64,000 bases of DNA. It comes from Bdellovibrionota bacterium (GTDB lineage Bacteria; Bdellovibrionota; UBA1018; CAIPTA01; JAALKR01). This document shows, in pieces, positions 33,496 through 42,670 of this stretch. Under the pieces are notes generated by a model. The model was given only the letters and a program-made list of their open reading frames with translations, did no database searches and was not told the DNA's origin. The stretch spans positions 256,001-320,000 of the forward strand of contig CBDBMJ010000001.1 in assembly GCA_965207455.1 (NCBI GenBank). Direction: 5' to 3'. Positions within the stretch are counted from its first letter, which is position 1, and every line of letters starts with the position of its first letter. Position numbers and translations under genes: made by a program.

Positions 33496-34327
33496 CGCCG
33501 CATAAAAAAGTACTTTCTGCCCACATGCCCCAGGCAATGGCCTCACCGTGAGTGGCCTGTCCCTTTGCAAAGGACTCAAAGGCATGGCCCAAGGTATGCC
33601 CATAATTTAAAATAGCTCGCCTGCCGTTGGTGTCCAGAGGATCTTTTTCCACGATCTCTATTTTGCTTTGTATGCCAAGAATAATTTCTTTCCATTGGGA
33701 TTGGCTTAACTCTCCTCCCATAATCCAATTGCGCCAGTCCTGGAGATTTCCCTGCTTTCCTTTTAGCCACAATATTTTCAAGAGCTCTCCCAAGCCGCTT
33801 AATCGCTCCTTACGGGGAAGACTCGCAAGCCAACCAGGCCAGTACCAAACTTCTTGGGCAGGATAGAAGGAACCTAAAACATTTTTCAACATGCCTCCCT
33901 TGCTCTCCATATTGATAGCAGTTTTGCCGCCGATGGAAGCGTCCACCATTCCTAGAAGGGTGGTGGGTAGGAGAAAGAGGGGGCAGCCTCGTCGGTACAG
34001 GGATGCGGCTAGGGCAGCCACGTCGCAGGCAGCGCCTCCCCCCACCACCACAAGGGGGGATTGCCTATCCTTATTTTTTTCCACTAAAAATGTAATGATA
34101 CGATTCACAGTGGACCAGGTTTTTGCCTCTTCACCCGCTGGCAGTAGGAGTAATTGCTCTTTGGGAATAGCAAATTTATGTTCCCATGCTTTTTTCAATC
34201 CAGAGTCTATGGCAATAAGGGCTTTACTTTTATGAGCTAATGCATATAGGTCCAGAAAAATAGCCGAATCTTGGTCGTAAAAATGTAGCTTTGTGGAATG
34301 GGTCTGAGGCGCAAAGCGGAGTTCCAT
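33257..34327 (-). CDS. aroB: 3-dehydroquinate synthase
   Basis: GEEAK, GGG...DVA, PTTLLGMVDASIGGKTAIN, LNYGHTLGHAFE, HGEAIA.GM. Confidence 0.93.
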   Translation of the reverse strand: MELRFAPQTHSTKLHFYDQDSAIFLDLYALAHKSKALIAIDSGLKKAWEHKFAIPKEQLLLLPAGEEAKTWSTVNRIITFLVEKNKDRQSPLVVVGGGAACDVAALAASLYRRGCPLFLLPTTLLGMVDASIGGKTAINMESKGGMLKNVLGSFYPAQEVWYWPGWLASLPRKERLSGLGELLKILWLKGKQGNLQDWRNWIMGGELSQSQWKEIILGIQSKIEIVEKDPLDTNGRRAILNYGHTLGHAFESFAKGQATHGEAIAWGMWAESTFLCGDNPFTQQIQQSLETLGMPPPHYLKGMNTGQITALLRADKKMKTGKIHMHVLRNMGHIESIQANPHHLASFTSQWIQGLR

Positions 34328-36234
34328 TACTCATCACTCTCAAGGTAGGTATAACCCTCTAAACCCTCTTCATACTGCTGGAGTAGTTTTCTACCCTCTT
34401 GGATAGAGATGGTTTTTCCCCGTAAGGCTTGCTCCACAGCTAGGCGCATTCGCTCCACCAGTACGGGTTTGTTATAGTCCACATACTCGAGCACCCGGGT
34501 TACGGAATCTCCTTGCCTGTAGTGCTCAACGGTATAGTCGTCGTTTCCCTGTATGGAAACATGTACGGAGTCCGTATCTCCAAAAAGGTTGTGCATGTCT
34601 CCGAGTATTTCTTGGTAGGCACCCAAAAGGAATATGCCCAAATAATAATCTTTTTGAGGCTCCAGATGATGAACCTCTAGGGAACGTTTCACATCCTTTA
34701 TGTCAATGAAGTGATCCATTTGACCGTCGGAATCACAAGTGAGATCCATGAGGGACACCCGGTTGGTGGGTTCTGTAGCTAATCGGTGAATGGGGAGAAC
34801 AGGGAATAACTGCTTTACTGCCCAGTGGTCTGGGGCACTCTGGAAAACAGAGAAATTACAAAAATAGGAATTTTGTAGCATACTATCTATGGACTCCAAT
34901 TCTTCGGGAAGCTCCACTTCTGTTTCGTGGGCCAGTCGTCGGATTTTGTCCATGGTTTGCCAAAAAATAGTGTCCACCTTAGCCCTAGTTTTTAAATTTA
35001 AATAACCCAGTCGAAATAGATTAAATGCCTCCTCCTTGATCTGTAGAGCATCGTGGTAGCGCTCCACTTTATTTTTCGAATTTGTTTTTATGAGAGTGTC
35101 GTGCATTTCCTGAACAACCTCGTTGTCGCCTTCTTTGGGTGTGGGAGTGGGTCCACTTTTTACAATTTTATTCTCACCCAGTACATCAAAAATCATCACA
35201 CAGTGATGGGCCACAAGAGATCGTCCAGACTCCGTTACAATAGCCGGGTGGGGGAGATCCTTTTCGTCGCAGATAGCCTGGATCGTACTTACCACATCGT
35301 TTGCATACTCTTGGTCGGAATAATTTAGGGAGTTCTCTGAGTTTGTTTTGGAACCGTCGTAATCCACAGCTAGTCCACCACCCACGTCTAAAAAACGGAG
35401 CTTTGCTCCCATGGCACAAACCTCGGCGTAAATTCTGCAAGCCTCATCCAAGGCCGCCTTTATGGGACGAATGGAAGTTACCTGACTCCCCAGATGGAAA
35501 TGCAATAACTCCAAAGCATGAAGTAGACTCTCTTTTTCCAGCAGCTCGATCCCCTTTACAATTTCAGCATTCGTCAAACCAAACTTGGAATGGGTGCCAC
35601 TGGATTTCAACCATTTTCCAGCACCCTTTCCCTCTAGTTTCGACCGAAAACCAATGCGGGGCTGGATGCCCAGCTTTTTAGACTCCCCAATAATGAGCTC
35701 CAACTCATGGAAACGGTCCACCACAATAATCACATTTCGACCAATGCGTGTGGTAAGAAGAGCCGTCTCAATATACTCCCGATCCTTAAATCCGTTACAA
35801 ATGAGAAGGGCCTTTGGATTTTCTAAATAAGCCAGTGCCACCAGTAACTCCGGTTTCGACCCCGCCTCTAACCCCAGGTTCGTGGCCTTTCCAAAAGCAA
35901 GGATATCCTCTAGGAGCCTGCACTGCTGGTTTACTTTTATGGGATACACACCTCGATAATCTCCCTTATAACTATAGGTCTTAAAAGCGTTCTGGAAACA
36001 AGTGCTCATGGACTGAATGCGGGAGGAGACAATATCCGGGAAGCGTATCCAAATGGGCAAGCGAAAGCCCCGGTCCCTAAGATCCCGTACCAGAAGGTTT
36101 AAATCCAGAGCTGGACCACTGCTCCCCCTTGGCGTTACACAAACGTTGCCTTTGGAGTTGATAGTAAAGAACCCTCGCCCCCATTCATTGACGTTGTATA
36201 AAGTAAGACTTTTTTGAATATTCCACTTTTCCAT
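34327..36234 (-). CDS. speA: Biosynthetic arginine decarboxylase (start trimmed to MEKWN)
   Basis: YPIKVNQ (PLP lysine), EAGSKPEL, HFHLGSQ, DLTCDSDG, GAYQEILGDMHNLFG. Confidence 0.96.
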   Translation of the reverse strand: MEKWNIQKSLTLYNVNEWGRGFFTINSKGNVCVTPRGSSGPALDLNLLVRDLRDRGFRLPIWIRFPDIVSSRIQSMSTCFQNAFKTYSYKGDYRGVYPIKVNQQCRLLEDILAFGKATNLGLEAGSKPELLVALAYLENPKALLICNGFKDREYIETALLTTRIGRNVIIVVDRFHELELIIGESKKLGIQPRIGFRSKLEGKGAGKWLKSSGTHSKFGLTNAEIVKGIELLEKESLLHALELLHFHLGSQVTSIRPIKAALDEACRIYAEVCAMGAKLRFLDVGGGLAVDYDGSKTNSENSLNYSDQEYANDVVSTIQAICDEKDLPHPAIVTESGRSLVAHHCVMIFDVLGENKIVKSGPTPTPKEGDNEVVQEMHDTLIKTNSKNKVERYHDALQIKEEAFNLFRLGYLNLKTRAKVDTIFWQTMDKIRRLAHETEVELPEELESIDSMLQNSYFCNFSVFQSAPDHWAVKQLFPVLPIHRLATEPTNRVSLMDLTCDSDGQMDHFIDIKDVKRSLEVHHLEPQKDYYLGIFLLGAYQEILGDMHNLFGDTDSVHVSIQGNDDYTVEHYRQGDSVTRVLEYVDYNKPVLVERMRLAVEQALRGKTISIQEGRKLLQQYEEGLEGYTYLESDE

Positions 36235-36285
36235 ATTCCGCTTTCCCATAATTCCCATAAATTGCTTTTCATTTCTTATGCTACG

Positions 36286-37167
36286 ATGGAATTTATGATT
36301 CAACATTTTTTTCATCAAAAGTCCATTCCTTTATCTGAGGCTAACTTTATAGTGGCTCCCATTCCCTATGAAGGGGGGATATCCTATCTTCCAGGAGCGG
36401 TACAGGGGCCACAGGCTATTTTAAATGCCAGTGAGCAGTTGGAGTCCTATGACATTGGGGAGCAGGTGGAGCTTGCCTATTCCAAAATCCATACCCTTCC
36501 GATGCCATCAGTTTTTCCCCACTACCGGGCCATGCATAATTTTGTTACGGAATGTGTGGATGCCTTGGACCTATCAAAACAATTTTACTTGGGCATTGGA
36601 GGGGATCACTGTGTGACGATTCCTGCTGTAGAGGCCTTCCATACTCACTCGGACCTGGGAATCATTCAAATTGACGCCCATGCGGACCTACGGGACTCCT
36701 ATAACGACGATCCTTATAGCCATGCCTGCATTATGCGGAGAATTGTGCAGAGCATAGACCCTAAAAAAGTTTTGAGTATTGGGGTTCGTGCCATTTGTCG
36801 GGAGGAGCATGAATTTATGAAAAAACACAAGATGCCATGCATTTACGGGAATCGTCCTCTCCATGAAGATATTCTGTCGGATTTGAATGAAAAGTTAGGA
36901 AAGTTGCCACAAAATGTTTTTATCACCATAGATTTGGACGGTTTGGACCCCACAGTGATGCCTCATGTGGGTACGCCCGTTCCAGGAGGGCTTTCTTGGC
37001 ACCAGACTTTAGGAATTATTCGTCGCATTTTTGAGCGGAAAGCCGTGGTTGGGGCCGATGTGGTGGAAATTGCCTCTGGAAATGGGACTGAGCGTTCCGA
37101 CTTTCTGGCCGCAGTACTGTGTCAAAAAATCTTGTTCCATGCCCAACAAGCAATTATTTCTGCTTAA
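36286..37167 (+). CDS. speB: Agmatinase (ureohydrolase family)
   Basis: GGDH, DAHADL, SHAC, DLDGLDP, GTPVPGG; divergent from speA; exact start uncertain. Confidence 0.9.
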   Translation: MEFMIQHFFHQKSIPLSEANFIVAPIPYEGGISYLPGAVQGPQAILNASEQLESYDIGEQVELAYSKIHTLPMPSVFPHYRAMHNFVTECVDALDLSKQFYLGIGGDHCVTIPAVEAFHTHSDLGIIQIDAHADLRDSYNDDPYSHACIMRRIVQSIDPKKVLSIGVRAICREEHEFMKKHKMPCIYGNRPLHEDILSDLNEKLGKLPQNVFITIDLDGLDPTVMPHVGTPVPGGLSWHQTLGIIRRIFERKAVVGADVVEIASGNGTERSDFLAAVLCQKILFHAQQAIISA

Positions 37168-37247
37168 TTTCAATATTCTAGCTGCATTTTTTCCTAATCA
37201 GGGGCAAACTAATACTGGTAACGTTAAATATTAAGGAGACTATAATT

Positions 37248-37436
37248 ATGAGCGATGTTCTAATTGTCACCTCTAAGGTGAAAACTCTAATTAAGACAGC
37301 ACATTCCATGAATACAAGTGGGTCTGTGGCAGAGGCACTTTCTGATCGTGTGCGACAGCTTTGCGAGCAAGCAGCAGAAGCAGCCAAAGCCGACGGACGC
37401 AAAACAATTATGGATAGAGATATTCCCTCTATTTAA
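37248..37436 (+). CDS. Bacterial histone (Bd0055/HBb-like singlet histone fold)
   Basis: MSDVLIVTSKVK.LIK....MNTS......LS......C......AKADGRKTIM.RDI closely follows my recollection of Bdellovibrio Bd0055; AAGGAG RBS; RKT and RD histone motifs. Confidence 0.9.
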   Translation: MSDVLIVTSKVKTLIKTAHSMNTSGSVAEALSDRVRQLCEQAAEAAKADGRKTIMDRDIPSI

Positions 37437-37508
37437 TTTTCAGTAAGGCTGTATAGGGATGGGACTGTCAGGGGTGGATTGTAAGGGGTGGAACTATAGT
37501 GTAAGCGA

Positions 37509-38069
37509 CTATAATGCCACCACGTCAGTCACTTCGGGAATTTCTTTTTGCAAGCGCACCTCTATGCCTTGTTTCAAGGTAGCTGTGGAGCTAGGGCAAC
37601 CAGCGCAAGAGCCTTGCATATAGAGATACACAACACCGTCCTCAAAGCGTTCAAAAATGATATCTCCTCCATCCATGGCAACGGCAGGGCGTATTTCTTC
37701 ATCGATGATCCGTTGAATTTTCCCCTCCACAGTACCTTTTTGCGGTTGAGAGGGTTTTTCCTCTAAGGAGAGAGGGTTGACAGCAGGTTTTCCGGATTGG
37801 ATATACTCCTGAATAACAGACTGTACACTGTCATCGAGTTGCTCCCAGTTTCCCTCGGGTGCTTTGGTGATGGTGACATAATTGCGTCCAATGAGGCAGG
37901 CGCTCACGCCCAAGATATTCATCAGCAGTGTGGCCAGGGGGGAAGCCTTTTGTGCTTTCTCCGTATCTGTAAAATTGGCAGAACCTCGTTCTAAAAATAT
38001 ATGCTCGTCCACTACATACTTTAGTGTATTGGGGTTGGGGGTAAACTCTAGTTGAATGTCTTTTTCCAT
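37509..38069 (-). CDS. NifU/Nfu-family Fe-S scaffold or carrier
   Basis: TPNPNTLKY N-terminal domain; IRPAVAMDGGDI, GSCAGCPSS..TLK.GIE. Confidence 0.93.
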   Translation of the reverse strand: MEKDIQLEFTPNPNTLKYVVDEHIFLERGSANFTDTEKAQKASPLATLLMNILGVSACLIGRNYVTITKAPEGNWEQLDDSVQSVIQEYIQSGKPAVNPLSLEEKPSQPQKGTVEGKIQRIIDEEIRPAVAMDGGDIIFERFEDGVVYLYMQGSCAGCPSSTATLKQGIEVRLQKEIPEVTDVVAL

Positions 38070-38173
38070 GTAGCCTCCTTTTATCTGTAATTTATACTTT
38101 ACAAAAGGTTTAAAGCAAGGAAAAATAGTATATTGAACCTAGAAATTTTTACTAGGGTAACAAGGAGGTTGCC

Positions 38174-39593
38174 ATGATATCCCGTATTTCACTTTTCGCT
38201 CTATGTTTTGTTTTCCTTCTTTCCTGTACTAAGGGTAGCAGAGACTTGGCCTCGATCTTTGAAGAAGGTAGGGTTTTCGAGATTCCCAATGGATTAATGG
38301 TTCATGAGTATACACTGAAAAGTAATGGTCTTCGTGTTCTATTGGTGCCCAATGATAGAGCACCTGTATTTAGCTATGCAATTAATGTGGATGTGGGATC
38401 CACGGATGAAGCCATGCATTCGGAATCTGGACGCACAGGGCTTGCCCATTTTTTTGAGCACATGATGTTTCGAGGAACAAAGACGTATCCTGATTTTCCT
38501 AGTATTGGAATTCAAAATGGAGCTGTGGGCGTGAATGCATACACGAGCAAAGATAATACAGTGTATATTGGATCCTTGCCCAAGGAGAAACTGGAATTTA
38601 TTTTATCTATGGAGGTCGATCGCTTCCAAAATCTTCCTATCCCTAAAAAAAAAATTTGATATAGAGGTACTTTCTGTAATTTCAGAAAGAGAGAGAGGTC
38701 TGCAGAAACCATATAGCGTTATTGTGACTAAACTCAATAGTCTTTTGTGTTCGGAAAAAAATCCTTATTCTCGGTCAATTATTGGTACGGAAGAGGGTTT
38801 GAATTCGTTTACCGTAGAAGATGCGAATAAATTTTATCGCACCTATTACGTTCCTAATAACATGTCCATTGCAATAGTTGGAGACATTAAGTTACACGAA
38901 ACCCTTGGACTCGTGGCAAAACATTTTGGTGCCATGGAAAGAGGAGATTTGCCTGAAAGAAGCGAGTTCTTTGAGAAAAAACAAAAGAAAAAACGAGAGG
39001 AAACTATTACTCATCGTGGTTTGATTTCTCCTCAATTAGCAGTGGCTTATAAGGTAGTGCCACAAAAACATGAAGATACTCCAGATTTAATGTTGCTTAT
39101 TTCTCTTTTAACTTGGGGAAAGAGTTCTTTGTTAGAGCAAGATCTAGTAGAAAAAGGATTAGTGAGTTCAGTTCAAGGAGAGGCTATCTTTTACGAAAAT
39201 TTTGGGAAGCTTATGATTTATGTAGATTTTCTTTCAACAACTAAGAAGAGGGACGTTATTGCTGTCATTGGTAAAGCTTTTCAGAAGATAAAAGATGGAA
39301 ATATAGATCCATCACAATTTAGAGCAGCCAGAAACCTTCTTCTGCTCAAGCAATATTATCCTGTGATGGACGATAATCAAAAATTGACTAATGTACTTCT
39401 GGATGGTCTGCAACTAACTGGTAATCCACTGGATTTTTTTGAAGAAATGGAAAAAATAAAAAAATTGAAACTTAGCGATCTACAGAAATTGCTGCTTAAA
39501 TATATAAAGCTTGAAAATACTTCAATCGTCCTTGGTAAGCCTAAACCTAAGCCGGTCAAACACCCAGATAAAAAAGAAGAGAGGAAAAAATGA
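38174..39593 (+). pseudogene. M16B peptidase catalytic subunit (lipoprotein), split by a frameshift in an A10 run at 38645-38654
   Basis: LLSC lipobox and HFFEH in ORF 38174-38659; remainder in ORF 38535-39593; colinear with paralog 41279-42670; could be a sequencing error. Confidence 0.8.
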
Positions 39594-41092
39594 TGAAAAT
39601 TTTTAGTTTTATATACCTTCTATGCCTTACCCTTTGTGCTCCTGCATTGGCTGGAATGGAACTTGTGGATCGTAGTGAAGGGAAGGGAAATTTTATTTAT
39701 GAAAACTCCCCTCGTTCTTTTCTCAGCACTATTATGGTTGTCCTACCTATAGGTAGTATGAATGATACTAAGGGTAAGGAAGGATTAGCTAGTCTAAGTT
39801 TCAAATCCTTACTTCGTGGTACAAAGAAGTTGGATCGAAGAGCTTATATTTTTGCCACAGAAGAATTAGGTGCTGATATTTCTATGTATGTGGGCACTGA
39901 TAGGGTCATACTTAATTTAAGTGGGATTACTTCTAATTTGCAGAAATCGATTTCCTTATTGGGAGACGTTCTTTTGGACCGTTTTCTTCGGAAAAATCAA
40001 TTTGAAAATTTAAAAAAAGAAATAGTAGGTGCCTTAAATAATACTAAAAATAACTTACGTGCTATGACTGGACTTGCCTTTAGACGTGCTTTATTTTCGG
40101 GATCTGTACTTGCCCACCCTCCTGGAGGAACTATAAATGGATTAAACTCTATTACATATAAGGAGGCAAGTTCATTTTTGGATAAAAATATTACTCAGGA
40201 AAGAGCTTTATTTGCTGTGAGTTCTAGCGTTGAAAAGTCAACGGTTAAGAGTTGGATTCAAGAATCATTTGGGAAGATGAGTATAAAGGGTAATAAAATT
40301 GTTCGAGTAAATCCTCGTATACCTAAGCTATCTGGTCGCCATGTGGTTATCTTTCCTCAAAAAGAAGGAGGACTTACTGAGGTATATATGGGACATCCAT
40401 CTGTGCCGAGTGGATTTAAGAATGGAGTGGCTTTAAAAAGCATAGGAGCCTTTACTCTTGGAAAGGTTTTTTCGGGGAGACTATTTAAAGAGCTGCGTGT
40501 AAAAAAAGGTTGGACCTACGGAGCTTATGCTTCTTTTCGCTTGTTTGATCTGCCCCGTTATTATGGAAGCGTATTTCAAATATATACTTTCCCGAGCAAG
40601 ATAATTGAAGATAGGGAAGGTAGAAAGAAGCCTGTTACAGAAGAGGCTATTTTCAGGATTATAGAGTTATATGAAGACTACGTGAATAAAGGGATAACAG
40701 AGGAGGAAAAAAAATTTGCTGTGGATTTTAATCACAATGCCTATGGGTTTATTTTTGAAAAAGCAAGCACACGAATGGTAAAAAGAATATACCAAGCTTT
40801 AGAGGGTGAACCTTTTTTATCTATAAAGGAGTATCAATCTAAGCTTAGGAATATTGATGTAAGCAGTTTAAATTCCATGATTAAGACGGGCACCTACGTT
40901 GTTGGCAGTAAAGGCAATAAAGAAGATCGTAGAAGAATTCATGATCCTCTAAATATGGTTATAGCATTAGGGGGAGACCCCGAACTTTTATTGCCTATAG
41001 TTAGAAAAATTCCTGGCGTGAAGAGTATTAAAATTGTGACGGATCCTATTACTCCTCTTAAACCCACAGTTAAGTTCAGAGTGAGAAAATAA
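39590..41092 (+). CDS. M16B peptidase non-catalytic partner subunit
   Basis: GS..D..GKEGLA, no HXXEH, RLFKELRVKKGWTYGAY (R/Y motif); signal peptide. Confidence 0.87.
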   Translation: MMKIFSFIYLLCLTLCAPALAGMELVDRSEGKGNFIYENSPRSFLSTIMVVLPIGSMNDTKGKEGLASLSFKSLLRGTKKLDRRAYIFATEELGADISMYVGTDRVILNLSGITSNLQKSISLLGDVLLDRFLRKNQFENLKKEIVGALNNTKNNLRAMTGLAFRRALFSGSVLAHPPGGTINGLNSITYKEASSFLDKNITQERALFAVSSSVEKSTVKSWIQESFGKMSIKGNKIVRVNPRIPKLSGRHVVIFPQKEGGLTEVYMGHPSVPSGFKNGVALKSIGAFTLGKVFSGRLFKELRVKKGWTYGAYASFRLFDLPRYYGSVFQIYTFPSKIIEDREGRKKPVTEEAIFRIIELYEDYVNKGITEEEKKFAVDFNHNAYGFIFEKASTRMVKRIYQALEGEPFLSIKEYQSKLRNIDVSSLNSMIKTGTYVVGSKGNKEDRRRIHDPLNMVIALGGDPELLLPIVRKIPGVKSIKIVTDPITPLKPTVKFRVRK

Positions 41093-41278
41093 AGAAATTC
41101 CATTACCCTCTTGAGTGAGATGCCTGTGCAGTTAAGGGTTTCCTTGTCTGTAAAGTTATTGGAGCGTTGCTTCAACACCCTTTCCCATACTTTTAGTGTG
41201 TTTTATACTTTACAAGACGTTTTGGGCAAGGTAGAACAGTGCATTGGGTTTAAAAAATATTCATTAAGGAGGCTGCCC

Positions 41279-42670
41279 ATGGGATTTCGTATTTTACTTC
41301 CTGCCCTATGTTTTATTTTTCTTCTTTCCTGTACCAGGGGTGGAGATTTATCCTTAATTTTTCAAAAAGGCCCTGTTTCCTCGCTTCCCAATGGATTAGT
41401 ACTTCATGAGTATGTGCTGAAAAAAAATGACCTTCGTATTCTATTGGTACCCAATGGTGTGGCGCCTGTATTTAGCTATTCCATTCGTGTGAATGTGGGT
41501 TCTAAGGATGAAGCTATGGATCCGAAATCTGGACGCACAGGGCTTGCCCATTTTTTTGAGCACATGATGTTTCGAGGAACCAAGAAGTATGGGGATTTTT
41601 TTAAGCTGACGGCTAAAAATGGATCTGTGGGTGTGAATGCAAACACAAGTAAAGATGCCACAAATTATATTGCTTCGTTGCCAAAAGAGAAGTTGGATTT
41701 TATTTTATCTATTGAATCCGATCGATTCCAGAACCTTCCTATTCATGAAAAATTATTTAAAACAGAGCTGGGTGCTGTACAGTCCGAGAGAGAGTCTGGA
41801 GAGAATTCCCCCAACAGGGTTATTTGGAAGAAACTAGCAGCACTGATGTATTCGGGAAGGAATCCGTATAGACAGACAATTATTGGTACAAAAGGGGATT
41901 TAGATGCATTTACTGTAGAAGATGCGAGACGATTTTTTCGCACCTATTATGTTCCTAATAATATGATTCTTGCCATAGTGGGAGATATTAAGGTGCAGGA
42001 CACGCTTAGATTAATAGAAAAACACTTTAGTTCCATGGAAAGAAAAGATTTACCCAAGACAAAGGGATTTTTTGAGAAAAAACAAAAGAAAGAGTACAAG
42101 AAGACGATTACTCACCATGCTTTGAGTTCTCCTCGGCTAGCGGTTGCTTACAGGACAGTACCAGAAAGTCATAAAGATGCTCCAGCGTTAGCAGTGCTTA
42201 CCTCTCTGTTGGCTTGGGGAAAAAGTTCTCTTTTAGAGCAAAGCATAGTGGAAAAAGGATTAGCAAACACGGTTAGCTCGGGGAGTTATTTGTACGAGTA
42301 CCTTGGAGTATTAGAGCTTTTTGTAGATTTTCTTCCAAGCACGAAAGAAAAGCGTATCAGACGTATCATTGCTCGATCTTTTCAGAAGATAAAAGATGGA
42401 AATATAGAGCCATCACAATTTAGGGCAGCGAAAAACCTCCTTTTGCTAAAAAACTACTATCCTGCCATGAGCGACAATCGACGATTAGCTAATGTGCTTT
42501 TAGATGGCATGCAACTAACAAATGACCCTTTGGGTTTTTTTAAAGAAATGGAAGAGGTAAAAAAAATAACACTTGGGGATGTACAGGCATTGTTGCCCAA
42601 ATATATAAGACCTGAAAATACCTCTATCCTTTTTGCTAAGCCTAAAAATAAAGAAAAGAGGAAAAGATGA
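41279..42670 (+). CDS. M16B peptidase catalytic subunit (lipoprotein; start trimmed to MGFRILL)
   Basis: AGGAGG RBS, LLSC lipobox, GLAHFFEHMMFRGT, NANTS.D.T.Y, YYVPNNM. Confidence 0.9.
   Translation: MGFRILLPALCFIFLLSCTRGGDLSLIFQKGPVSSLPNGLVLHEYVLKKNDLRILLVPNGVAPVFSYSIRVNVGSKDEAMDPKSGRTGLAHFFEHMMFRGTKKYGDFFKLTAKNGSVGVNANTSKDATNYIASLPKEKLDFILSIESDRFQNLPIHEKLFKTELGAVQSERESGENSPNRVIWKKLAALMYSGRNPYRQTIIGTKGDLDAFTVEDARRFFRTYYVPNNMILAIVGDIKVQDTLRLIEKHFSSMERKDLPKTKGFFEKKQKKEYKKTITHHALSSPRLAVAYRTVPESHKDAPALAVLTSLLAWGKSSLLEQSIVEKGLANTVSSGSYLYEYLGVLELFVDFLPSTKEKRIRRIIARSFQKIKDGNIEPSQFRAAKNLLLLKNYYPAMSDNRRLANVLLDGMQLTNDPLGFFKEMEEVKKITLGDVQALLPKYIRPENTSILFAKPKNKEKRKR

Noticed and set aside
37178..37402. 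74-aa minus-strand ORF
   Set aside because: Antisense shadow of the histone gene, which has the RBS and recognisable motifs.
41111..41278. N-terminal extensions in the ORF track for the M16 subunit, and likewise lpxK, speA, speB, rplW and the transposase
   Set aside because: Downstream ATGs fit RBS position, operon overlap or family N-termini better.
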